IMG/VR virus record: IMGVR_UViG_3300026522_000028 | Coordinates: 1 to 64,000 of that record | Direction: 5' to 3' (one strand) | From: a virus | Taxonomy: Duplodnaviria; Caudoviricetes | Length of the DNA stretch: 64,000 bases | In this document: piece after piece, positions 1 to 8,900 of the stretch | Layout of the letters: every line of letters starts with the position of its first letter | How positions within the stretch are numbered: position 1 is the first letter of the stretch | The notes under the pieces: model-generated | Seen by the model: only the letters and a program-made list of their open reading frames with translations | What the model was told of the DNA's origin: nothing | Database searches by the model: none | Position numbers and translations under genes: made by a program

Positions 1-1
1 T

Positions 2-328
2 CTTCACATCCTCGCCCGTCGTGCGATCCTTGACGAACGCTGCGGTTTTGAACTTGAACAGCGTCTGGCCATCATCGTTCGTGTGGTACGGCATGTACGG
101 TTCGTTGCGCCACTTCTTGCCGTCGAACTCTGGCATTGCCTTTGCCTTTTCGATGAGGCCGTTGCAATACTTCTTCATCTTCGCTTCCGTGTCTGCATCG
201 AACTCCACCGAAATCTGGAAGTTTAGCTTGCCGTTGTTGTCATCGACAACGGTATTGACCTTCGACCAGTACGCCGTACCCTGCGGGGAAGCAACGAGCT
301 TGTCGGACATCATCTTGTTCACATTCAT
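2..328 (-). CDS. Single-stranded DNA-binding protein, T7 gp2.5-like (partial, runs off the window start)
   Basis: Own translation of the minus strand from ATG 328 (AAGGAG upstream): MNVNKMMSDKLVASPQGTAYWSKVN...YMPYHTNDDGQTLFKFKTAAFVKDRTTGEDVK, resembling gp2.5 MPFFDNGDGTTTFKFKCYASFQDKKTKE. Not in the supplied ORF track. Confidence 0.75.
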   Translation of the reverse strand, partial: MNVNKMMSDKLVASPQGTAYWSKVNTVVDDNNGKLNFQISVEFDADTEAKMKKYCNGLIEKAKAMPEFDGKKWRNEPYMPYHTNDDGQTLFKFKTAAFVKDRTTGEDVK

Positions 329-371
329 TGGCATTTCTCCTTTGCGTTAACATGTATGCATCTAAAAGTTA

Positions 372-400
372 TTGCGTTAAAGTTTCCGTTATGCTATACT
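372..400 (+). promoter_or_regulatory. sigmaA-type promoter for the repressor
   Basis: TTGCGT-17 bp-TATACT. Confidence 0.6.
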
Positions 401-448
401 TAGAGATATAGGGAATAGCACAACGGTTATCTCGTTCACAACAATGTT

Positions 449-477
449 ATTATACAACGGTAGAGTGAATGTGTCAA
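449..477 (-). promoter_or_regulatory. Consensus sigmaA promoter for the leftward SSB/replication operon, face-to-face with the repressor promoter
   Basis: TTGACA-17 bp-TATAAT on the minus strand. Confidence 0.8.
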
Positions 478-514
478 CATGTTTGTGAAAGTTTTTTTAG
501 GGGGGAAAAGAAAT

Positions 515-895
515 ATGTTATATGATCCAAAAAGAAACCGCATTCGTCAGCTACGAGTAGCCAAGGGAATCGACGCACGCACCGATCTTGCCAAGGCAAT
601 CAAGGATGCTTTCGGCGTAGAGATGACATCGATGACGATCGGCCGCATGGAGAACGGCGAAGTGAAGCCGAGGTTCGACCTGATCTACGCGATGGCTAAA
701 TTCTTCGATGTCTCCATCGAATATCTCATGGGCATCTCCGACGATCCGCATGGGGACGGTCGCAGGAGACTCAATGACAACAACAAAGACCAGGACGATA
801 CACCACCAGAAGTCAAGATGGCGATGGAGACGCTGAAGAAGCAGCTCGTGACAGCGATCAAGGCACGCGAAGATCAGCCATCGGAAACGATGTAA
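515..895 (+). CDS. XRE/CI-like HTH repressor
   Basis: RIRQLR...TIGRMENGEVKP...IYAMAKFFDVSIEYLMG is a typical XRE pattern; divergent from the lytic operon. Confidence 0.85.
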   Translation: MLYDPKRNRIRQLRVAKGIDARTDLAKAIKDAFGVEMTSMTIGRMENGEVKPRFDLIYAMAKFFDVSIEYLMGISDDPHGDGRRRLNDNNKDQDDTPPEVKMAMETLKKQLVTAIKAREDQPSETM

Positions 896-939
896 AAAAA
901 AAAGAAAGCGGCGGGTCACAATGACTCGTCGCTTTCTTT
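896..939. terminator. Bidirectional intrinsic terminator
   Basis: AAAGAAAGCGGCGGGTCA-caa-TGACTCGTCGCTTTCTTT between convergent genes. Confidence 0.8.
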
Positions 940-1102
940 ATGCTGCCATAGTTGCGATTGCATCGAGGATTCGACTGATTACATAGTTAGCTTCTGGTGG
1001 AACTTCAATGCCCTGTTCGCCCATCGTCGCAAGCGCAAGAGATAACGCTGAAAGTCCTTTGATCCATTCTTGAAAATCTTCCTTGCTAATCATTACATCC
1101 AT
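938..1102 (-). CDS. Small hypothetical protein (54 aa)
   Basis: GGAGG RBS before ATG 1102 (MDVMISKEDF...); ends at the shared terminator. Confidence 0.55.
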   Translation of the reverse strand: MDVMISKEDFQEWIKGLSALSLALATMGEQGIEVPPEANYVISRILDAIATMAA

Positions 1103-1633
1103 GCAATTATCCTCCGTAAAAACACACCTAAAAGTTGGAATCTTCGTATGAAACATCATCCACGATGTACTGCGAAGCGGCTATATATTCAAGCAGCTCT
1201 GCCTCGCATACACAGAGAGCTTCGAATATCTGTGTCATACTGTTAATCCACATATTTTCGTTATAATTTATATACCAATCCCCCCCCTATGTAATCGTTA
1301 TCAACAACTCAGAGTATAGGACTTAAAACAAGAAAAATCAAGTGGAAATTTTATAAATGAATTGCTTCTATGCCTCTATGGTATCGTGATAGAATTTGTT
1401 TATTGAATCGTATCATAAGAAATACGCCGTATTCGAAATTCTTCCAATTCAATAGACAATGATTTCTATTGCACTAATGTTACAACAATGTGCTTCAGAT
1501 GTCAAGGATTAAACTCTGCAAAGTTCTGTGAATTAAACATCTGTGAAATAATATCGGTACTAAGTACAATGGATTTTATCATATGTATTCTCCAGCAATA
1601 AACGAAAGCACGGATGCTCTTGCTTTTCGATAC

Positions 1634-1668
1634 AAAAAAGGAACCAACGACGCGCCGCCGCTGGCTCC
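1634..1668 (-). terminator. Intrinsic terminator ending a leftward non-coding transcript
   Basis: GGAGCCAGCGGCG-gcg-CGTCGTTGGTTCC-TTTTTT on the minus strand. Confidence 0.8.
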
Positions 1669-1696
1669 TACGTAGTGCTACTATCCTATTGCTATG

Positions 1697-1717
1697 TTAT
1701 CCACATGTTTTTCCACA
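1697..1717 (+). promoter_or_regulatory. Two tandem DnaA boxes
   Basis: TTATCCACA (1697-1705) and TTTTCCACA (1709-1717), next to an AT-rich tract at about 1250-1600. Confidence 0.6.
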
Positions 1718-2505
1718 GGTGAGTTTCGTCACCAGTCGAATTTCTGTTCACGGTGGAGCGTTGAACTCCTCCGATTTGTTCGATGGTCTACGATGTTAAG
1801 CTCTACTTGTCGGGAGGAAACCTCCCAACACTCTACTACGATAACCGTTATACATCCGTGCTGCCCTTCTTGCGGAGTGCCGTCGTTCGGAACCTGCCTG
1901 CGGCAGAACCCTCGCGCCGTCCCTTCCGCTGTCTGCGACAGAATCGAGAAACGTTATGACACTAGGGAGAGGCGGTGGTTGTTGCTATCGTATCCTCATC
2001 GTAGAGCCTGTGGTTATCGGTAGTTCGTATCGGGATGATTCTTTATAAATTTTCTCTGTATCGTTCGGAGGTAGGACTTGACAATCACATCGAATCCATG
2101 AAATGCTTGAAGGCTTTTGAGCTTTTTGAAGACACGTCTCCCCGAGGCACGACAAAGAAAAGAACTTCGTCGTGACTCAAGGAGAGCGTCGATAAACCAT
2201 GATGCCCGTTAGGATCATCGCCCCCATCGACCACCAGCTACGCATATCCATCGTCATCCGTTGCTTATCTCTCCGCAACGTCGAATGGCCTCCCAGAACC
2301 CGAAGGTTCTTCGAGATACATCACCGCAACCCAGACCGTTTATTCTCATGGCCGTCTTCGCCCCAGAGAGAAACGCCGAAAGCTGGTGGTTGAAAAGCGT
2401 TTGTCGATGGTAGCCGCGTCCATCTATCTCTCATGCCTATTTATTCCCTCGGCACATCGGGGCGTTTTTGATACCCGAGTTCTTCCGCTAAACTCGCACG
2501 AAGCC

Positions 2506-2576
2506 TTGACGTAGCGGCGTTCGTATTGTATAATCTAAGTAATCATTTTATATCGATGAACGCTTGGCTACGTCAA
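2506..2576. promoter_or_regulatory. Overlapping opposed promoter pair built from an inverted repeat
   Basis: Plus: TTGACG(2506)-17-TATAAT(2529). Minus: TTGACG(2576)-18-TATAAA(2552). Predicted start sites both near 2540. Confidence 0.65.
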
Positions 2577-2629
2577 GACTTCGATAGAAACCCTTTGAGA
2601 ACTTTGCTCGTCAAGGTTCTCTTTTTTTT
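2541..2629 (+). ncRNA. Candidate ~90-nt small RNA
   Basis: Consensus promoter followed by terminator GAGAACTTTG-ctcgt-CAAGGTTCTC-T8 (2597-2629); no RBS/ORF. Confidence 0.5.
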
Positions 2630-2665
2630 GCCTGTATTCATTCCCCCGGAGCTGCCGAGGTATCT

Positions 2666-2674
2666 TGTGGATAA
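2666..2674 (-). promoter_or_regulatory. DnaA box
   Basis: TGTGGATAA, which is TTATCCACA on the minus strand. Confidence 0.5.
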
Positions 2675-2718
2675 TCATAGCATATGTAGTTCAATCTTGT
2701 CAACAACTTTTTTGTTAC

Positions 2719-2911
2719 CGCTATAACGGTATAGAGGTATAACGGTATAGCGGTATAACGGCATAGAGGTATAACGGTATAACGGTATGAATGGCGAAAA
2801 CATTGATGTTACCGCTTGTATTTCATCGAATAACGGTGTATTATAGGGGCATAGAGGTATACCGTTATAACGGTATAACGGTATAGAGGTATAACGGTAT
2901 GGAGGTATGAC
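2719..2911 (+). repeat. parS-like centromere: two arrays (about 9 and 8 units) of an 8-bp repeat GGTATA(GA/AC) flanking the parA promoter
   Basis: Tandem GGTATAGA/GGTATAAC units at 2719-2790 and 2848-2911; promoter TTGTAT-17-TATTAT at 2816-2844 lies between them. Confidence 0.8.
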
Positions 2912-3755
2912 TATGATTACCATCGCGATCTGCAATAAAAAAGGCGGCGTCGGCAAGACTACCACAGCATATACGCTGGCGGCAATGCTTAAATTCAGAG
3001 ACTTCAAAGTTCTCGCCATCGATCTCGATGGACAATGCAATCTCACAAAGGTTTCAGGGTTCAATAAAAACTGTCCGACCGCATACTCCGTGCTTACACG
3101 CGAGGTTCCCATCAAGAACGCCATCGTTAAAACGGAGTGGTTCGATTTCGTCAAGGGCAGCAGGTCGTTGTTCACCATCGGGCAGGTGTTGTCCGAAGGG
3201 CCGGGGCGCGTCATGCGTCTTATCAATGCTCTAAAGACTATCGATAAGGATTACGACTTCTGCATCCTCGATACGCCGCCAGCCGTGGATGTTGTCACGA
3301 CTAATGCAATGATGGCTGCGGATTACATCGTGATCCCTGCGGAGGCCAACGAGCTTTCGACGGACGGCATCGTGTCTGTCAGTGATAGCGTCAAGGAAGT
3401 GCGGGAATACTTTAATTCCAATCTGGCAATCGCAGGCATCCTCCTGACGCGCTACCGTGGCAGAACGAACATCGCGCAGGACTACAAGGAAATCTTCAAG
3501 AAGTACGCGAAGACCATCGGCACTACTCTGTTCAAAACGGAAATCCGCGAAACTATTGCGTTCTCGGAAGTCCCGTCGATCCACCAGCCGATCTTCATGT
3601 ATCGCAAGGATTCGACGGGGACGGAGGACTACTCGAAGTTCACTACGGAACTCCTTAAGGTCATCAAGAAAAACGAAGAGAAGCTGGCAGAGACAAAGGC
3701 GCTGGAGGAAGAAAGGAAGACAACGGCGATAACGGAGGACAAGCTCAATGTCTAA
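2907..3755 (+). CDS. parA: Walker-type partition ATPase (type Ib, no N-terminal HTH)
   Basis: KGGVGKTT deviant Walker A, IDLDGQCN, ILDTPP motifs. Confidence 0.95.
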   Translation: MTMITIAICNKKGGVGKTTTAYTLAAMLKFRDFKVLAIDLDGQCNLTKVSGFNKNCPTAYSVLTREVPIKNAIVKTEWFDFVKGSRSLFTIGQVLSEGPGRVMRLINALKTIDKDYDFCILDTPPAVDVVTTNAMMAADYIVIPAEANELSTDGIVSVSDSVKEVREYFNSNLAIAGILLTRYRGRTNIAQDYKEIFKKYAKTIGTTLFKTEIRETIAFSEVPSIHQPIFMYRKDSTGTEDYSKFTTELLKVIKKNEEKLAETKALEEERKTTAITEDKLNV

Positions 3756-4077
3756 AAGAAAAAGATTTACGTCGGATGCGATGAGGAATGTCTTCCTACA
3801 TGGCGATGAATACAATAAAGAGCCTCCTGCGATTCCGAAGAGGGACGAAGAGCCAGAGGAGCCAGAGTCTAAGCCTGAGGAATCTCCAGAGGAAAAGCCA
3901 GCGGAGCCGCCGAAGAAGCCAAAGGCGAAATCGTGGGACGTGAAGACTTCTATATATCTTACCAACGAGGAATACGAACTGTTCCGCAGGTATGCATTCG
4001 AGAGCAATACAAAAATCAGCCGCGCCATCATAGACGCAGCGGTCGCACATATTAAAGCAATGGAGGGCGAAGAGTAA
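3748..4077 (+). CDS. Small centromere-binding protein (ParG/RHH-like)
   Basis: Overlaps the parA stop; low-complexity N-terminus followed by KTSIYLTNEEYELFRRYA...ISRAIIDAA (beta-helix-helix pattern). Confidence 0.7.
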   Translation: MSKRKRFTSDAMRNVFLHGDEYNKEPPAIPKRDEEPEEPESKPEESPEEKPAEPPKKPKAKSWDVKTSIYLTNEEYELFRRYAFESNTKISRAIIDAAVAHIKAMEGEE

Positions 4078-4655
4078 TGAAAAAGTTTTTCAAGGTAATC
4101 GTGCTGGTAGCTGTGTTCATCCTGTCATCCTTCGGGATGTCCGAGGCAGCGTCGTACAACTTCGTGAGCATCAGCAACCTCACGCCGCAGGAGTTCATGC
4201 AGCAGATGGAAGAGCTGTCGCAGCAGGAGAAGCACGGGCCGTTGACGTTCTCCGACCTGAACTATGGTGGCCCAGATGCCGATAATGCCTACACAATCTA
4301 TGTTGCCCACATGGGCAAATACACGACGGTAAAATTCCGTTGCGACAATAGAGGCATGGTAAGCAGCGTTATGCTCAAGCATTCCCGTGCATACAGTGCT
4401 CCAGACGAAGTGTTCGACGAGCAAATCAATGAGCAGGTCGATGCCGAGCATTGCATCATGAAAATCATTGGAATGAACGACGAGGAAATTCAGGAGTTCT
4501 ACAATGCCAGCGACGGACACTCGAACGTTACCGAAAAGATGTACCCGCGCATTTCCAAGCGCGTCATCGAATGCAGCAGCATGGATGTTGATCGTAGCAA
4601 TAGCAGCGACCCAATCTACACAAGCTCCTACGCATTCTTCGTATCGATGGAATGA
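4077..4655 (+). CDS. Secreted hypothetical protein (moron)
   Basis: N-terminal signal peptide MKKFFKVIVLVAVFILSSFGMSEAA; coupled to the parB-like gene. Confidence 0.75.
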   Translation: MKKFFKVIVLVAVFILSSFGMSEAASYNFVSISNLTPQEFMQQMEELSQQEKHGPLTFSDLNYGGPDADNAYTIYVAHMGKYTTVKFRCDNRGMVSSVMLKHSRAYSAPDEVFDEQINEQVDAEHCIMKIIGMNDEEIQEFYNASDGHSNVTEKMYPRISKRVIECSSMDVDRSNSSDPIYTSSYAFFVSME

Positions 4656-4656
4656 C

Positions 4657-4696
4657 AAAAAAAGTCCCCGGGGATTTTCCTCGGGGATTTTCTTTG
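4657..4696 (+). terminator. Intrinsic terminator
   Basis: CCCCGGGG-attt-TCCTCGGGG flanked by A and T tracts. Confidence 0.65.
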
Positions 4697-4814
4697 CCTG
4701 CGTAGGTAGCAATGATGCTTCATATTTTAGAAATAGAAGCAGGATATTTTAATCGAATGTCGAACTATATTGTATGAGTCAATTAGGATCAATAGGATTG
4801 GATGGTGAAGTCAA

Positions 4815-4985
4815 ATGAAAGCAATCGGAATTGCCATGATTATTTTTGGAATTGTCGGGCTAGGATTGGGGGCAATGATGTTTGGTGACATCGGGATTTC
4901 TTGCTCCTATGCAGCCATTGTGTCTATTCTTGCTGGCGTGGGATTCGTGAAAGCGAGTGGAGCTATCGAAGCGCATAGCAAGTGA
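4815..4985 (+). CDS. Small two-TM membrane protein (56 aa)
   Basis: Own translation MKAIGIAMIIFGIVGLGLGAMMFGDIGISCSYAAIVSILAGVGFVKASGAIEAHSK. Confidence 0.55.
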   Translation: MKAIGIAMIIFGIVGLGLGAMMFGDIGISCSYAAIVSILAGVGFVKASGAIEAHSK

Positions 4986-5010
4986 CGATTTCATACGAGG
5001 AGGGGTTTCA

Positions 5011-5823
5011 ATGAAAAAATTCCTAGTAGTAGCATTATCGGTACTCCTGTGTTTCGTCCTCGTCGGATGCGGCGGGCCGAAGAAAGTCTCCGATCAGCAG
5101 ATGACGCTGAGTCTTAGCTATGGCGATCGGAGCGGAACGTATACGGGCGAGGTCAACGATAAGAATGTCCCGAATGGCAAAGGTAAGTTCACGACGAAAA
5201 ATAGTAAAGGCATGACTTGGGTTTACGAGGGACAATTCAAAGATGGGCACTTCGATGGATCAGGAAAAACAACATGGCCTGATCTTGGAAGATCGGAAGA
5301 AGGAACGTATTCCAATGATCGTTTGAACGGTCAGGGAAAACTCGTAGATAAATACAGCCCGCAAAACAATTATGAAGGAAATTTCGAGAATGGCGTTCCT
5401 ATGGTTGCAGAGACAGCCAATGTAAACGAAGCTGTAACTTATGCAGATTGGGAATACAAAATTACGCAGGTAAAAGAGCAGACGAGTGCTGGTAACAAGC
5501 AGCCAAACGGGAGATATGTTGTCGTAGTCATTGACGACCAAAACAACGGTACTGAAACCCGTCAGCCAGCGCCGGAAGGGTTCTTCGTTCTGTACAATAA
5601 GCAAACTGGCGCTACGTACAAGATGGATGGCGAAGCAAACTTAGCGCTTAGAATGAGCACAAAGGATTGGAACGGCCCGTGGTATTTGAGCGAGGTCAAT
5701 CCGGGACTTTCAGTTTCTGGGATTTCGTTGTTCTTTGATGTTCCAAAAGATGTCCAGATTAGCGATTTGAAATTCCTGCCGAAAGATGGATTCGGAAAGG
5801 CGAAGCCTATTCAGCTCCAGTGA
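5011..5823 (+). CDS. Lipoprotein with MORN-like repeats and a DUF4352-like C-terminal domain
   Basis: Lipobox LVGC after a hydrophobic signal; repeats YTGEV..PNGKG, YEGQF..FDGSG, YEGNFENG; GGAGG RBS. Confidence 0.75.
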   Translation: MKKFLVVALSVLLCFVLVGCGGPKKVSDQQMTLSLSYGDRSGTYTGEVNDKNVPNGKGKFTTKNSKGMTWVYEGQFKDGHFDGSGKTTWPDLGRSEEGTYSNDRLNGQGKLVDKYSPQNNYEGNFENGVPMVAETANVNEAVTYADWEYKITQVKEQTSAGNKQPNGRYVVVVIDDQNNGTETRQPAPEGFFVLYNKQTGATYKMDGEANLALRMSTKDWNGPWYLSEVNPGLSVSGISLFFDVPKDVQISDLKFLPKDGFGKAKPIQLQ

Positions 5824-5832
5824 TCGAATCGA

Positions 5833-5869
5833 AAAGAACTCCCCGAGGGTAATGTCTCGGGGAGTTTTT
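5833..5869. terminator. Bidirectional terminator
   Basis: GAACTCCCCGAG-ggtaatgt-CTCGGGGAGTTTTT between convergent operons. Confidence 0.75.
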
Positions 5870-5915
5870 GTGTCAACGCTTGCTTGCCTTGATATTCAGC
5901 GCAACATACAGAATG

Positions 5916-8900
5916 TCATTTGCGAGCTTGCTCCTGCTCAATGGCATCCACGATGACGCCGCCCTTGTTCCGCATGAATTCGTAGCGATGTCCCGGCTCA
6001 ACGCTGATTCCGCGCTGCCATCCACGGTATCGGTCATGATACTTCTGCTTCTTCCACGCGCTGGAAAAGACGATGCCGCTGATGTCTCCGTAGTCCGTGG
6101 CGAACGTGATGCGTGCCATCAGCCCACCGTTCTTGTCGGTGAACTCGTGGATGTCCTTCGGCGTGCCGATCAGCACCTTTGGCAGCTCGTGAAACGAGAA
6201 CGAAAGCACCTCCATCTCACCGGCGATAGCATCGTAGCGCTTCTCGGCGTTCTCTACGAACATCACCTCGCCGAGCTTCTGATACCACTTCAGGCGCATG
6301 TCCTTTGCGTGGCGATGCTTCTTTTCATCTGTGGTGCTCCACGCCTGCTCTTCGTAGTATTTGATGCGCTCTTTGCAATGCGCCTTGCGTTCCATGACTT
6401 CCTTCGTAGACTGGAGGTTCGCGATCATCCAGCCACGGGACTTGCCTGTGTAGTCCATCGCACCAGCCTTGATGAGATTTTCGACCACACGCTTGTTGTA
6501 CGATGACACCACAGTATCCCAGTCAAGCGATGGGAGCTGCGGAATCTCGCCGACGCCTTTGATGTACGTCAGTCCAACACGGAGTGCATCGCCCTCCACC
6601 GTCCACGTCAGGTTCCCGACCTTGAGGCTCGGCGGGAGAATCCTGATTTTCATACGGCGGCACTCCTCGATGTACGGCAGGAGCTTCTTCTGGTCGCTCC
6701 TCGAATTGAGCAGCGCACACATGTACTGCACAGGGTAATGAGCTTTGAGATACGCCGTCTTGTACGAGAGCTTCGCGTAGGAAACCGCGTGGCTGCGATT
6801 GAAGCAGTACCTTCCAGCCGCTTCGATCTGCTTTGCTACCTCCGCTGCTACCTCGTGGGAGTACCCGTTCTTCTCGCAGCCAGCAACGAACTCTGCGACG
6901 GCCTCTTTGATTTTCGTAAGCTCCTTGCGACCGATAACCTTGCGGAGTGCATCGGCCTGCCCAAGGTTATATCCAGCCATCTTCATTGCGATTTTCATAA
7001 TCATTTCCTGATAAACCAAGACGCCATAGGTGCTACCAGCGATTTCTTCCATTGCCTCACATGGATACGTGACTTCGATTTTCCCGTTCTTCGCATCGAT
7101 ATACTGCTGGAGCATGCCAGAATCCAGCGGGCCCGGGCGATAGAGCGCAACGAGAACTGCGAGGTCATCGAAGGAATTGACGTGGAGTTCCCGCGCAATC
7201 TTCTGCATGCCCGGCGATTCCATCTGGAATACGCCCGTCGTGTTGCCATCGGCATACATCTGATAAGTCTTTGCGTCATCCATCGGGATACTTTCGAGGG
7301 ACAGCGGCACGTCAATCATCTTCAGGCAATCGTCGATGATGTCCAGCGTGCGGAGGCCGAGGATGTCCAGCTTCAGCAGCCCCATCGCCTCCAGCGTGTG
7401 ATACTCAAAGGCTGCGACGCGGATGTACTCGCGCTTGCCCGTCGATGTATTCGTCGATGTGCAGCCCTCGATGGGACAATACTTTTCGACGGCATCAGGG
7501 GTAACAAGGATCGCCGACGCATGGACACCTTCTTTGTCGAGACGCCCGGCGAAATGCTTGGACACATCGAGGAGGCGTTCACGTTCCTCCTTCGTAAAGT
7601 CCGAGGGGACTGTGAGGATTTCATCGAGAGATTCTTTGAGCTGCCGTGTAACCGCGAGAACTCGCTCATGTGTCCACCGCAATCCCGTGTCCAGCTTATT
7701 ACTCTTGCGACGTTTTACCTCGGCTTGTGCGGCATCTGAGAGGGATAAAAATTCCTCTTTCTCCAGCGCTTGCTCGGCACGGAGAACCGCCTGCTTACCC
7801 ACGTCGGGCTTGTCGGGATTCTTGGTATAGCCGTAGGTCGTGACCTTGTAGACCGTACCGTAGTGCTCTCTGATATAGTCGATGATGCGGCTGCGCTGAT
7901 TCGTCGATACATCGGTGTCGATGTCCGGCATGGTGACGCGATACGGATTGCAGAAGCGGAAGAACTCTGTGCCGAACTTGATGGAGTCTACCTTGTGAAA
8001 TCCCATGAGATACCCGACGAGGCAACCAGCAGCAGACCCGCGCCCCTCGCCGACTGGGATGTTGTTCTTCACGCACCAGTTTACCAAGTCCCAGATGATG
8101 AGCAAGTAGTTCAAGTAATTCGTCGCTTCAAGGTCTTTCATCTCTGCCTCGAAGCGTTCTGCGTATTCGGCGTAATGCCCGTGCGGGACTTTGGCTTTCC
8201 AGTTCTTCCGGCAGATTTCGCGGACAACTTCGCCAGCATCGCGGTCGGTGTAGACAGGGTAATGCATACCGCCGAACTCAATCTCCACATTGCACATCTC
8301 AGCGATCCGTGCCGTGCTCTCGATGCATTCGTCTTTGACATCATCTGGAATCCACGGCGTTTTCCGCAGCTCGTCCTCGCTCCATTGGTAGTTCTCGTTG
8401 TCGTGGTATCCGTTGCCGTGAATCTGCAACCACAGGTAATGATAGGGTTCGTCTTCGGGACGAGCATAGTGGGCATCGGTCGTAACCACGAGGGGAACAT
8501 TGTACTTCCGCGCAAGGCCAATGACCTTCGCATTGTACTCCTGCTGCTTGTCGATGTTGAGCGGCTGGATTTCTGCGAAGAATCTGTCCCCGAAGATGTC
8601 ATGGAATTTCTCGAACCATTCTTCGCCGTCTGGCGTATTCACGATGGACGCCATGCACGCCGACAAACAGATGATGCCAGCGCTATGCATCCGCAGGTCA
8701 TCCACGTCGATGCGCGGTTTGTAAAACATGTGGGCTTCTTTGTAGGCAATCGTGTCGAGCTCTTTGAGATTCCGATAGCCCACATCGTTCATTGCAAGGA
8801 GCACGAGGTGGTGCGTCATCGAACGGTCGCGGACTGTGATGTCTGGGCAGAAGTAGAACTCGCAGCCGATGATCGGCTTAATGCCTTGTGCTTTGCATTC

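Larger units (their letters stand above)
1634..2541 (-). ncRNA. Candidate ~900-nt structured non-coding RNA
   Basis: Bounded by a promoter (2547-2576) and a terminator (1634-1668); no minus-strand ORF of 60 codons or more; cUUCGg hairpin at 2295-2310; perfect 10-bp long-range helix 2381-2390/2230-2239. Confidence 0.55.

Noticed and set aside
1715-1740. Hammerhead ribozyme (CTGGTGACGAAAC on the minus strand)
   Set aside because: Lacks the CUGANGA core and a stem II between the conserved blocks.
2499-2583. Protelomerase telRL site or invertible promoter
   Set aside because: The repeat is imperfect with a ~30-bp asymmetric centre (telRL is a near-perfect palindrome; the segment is too short for typical inversion), and no protelomerase is in the window.
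2719-2911. CRISPR array or simple microsatellite
   Set aside because: 8-bp units are contiguous with no unique spacers and no cas genes; the position around the parA promoter fits a centromere.
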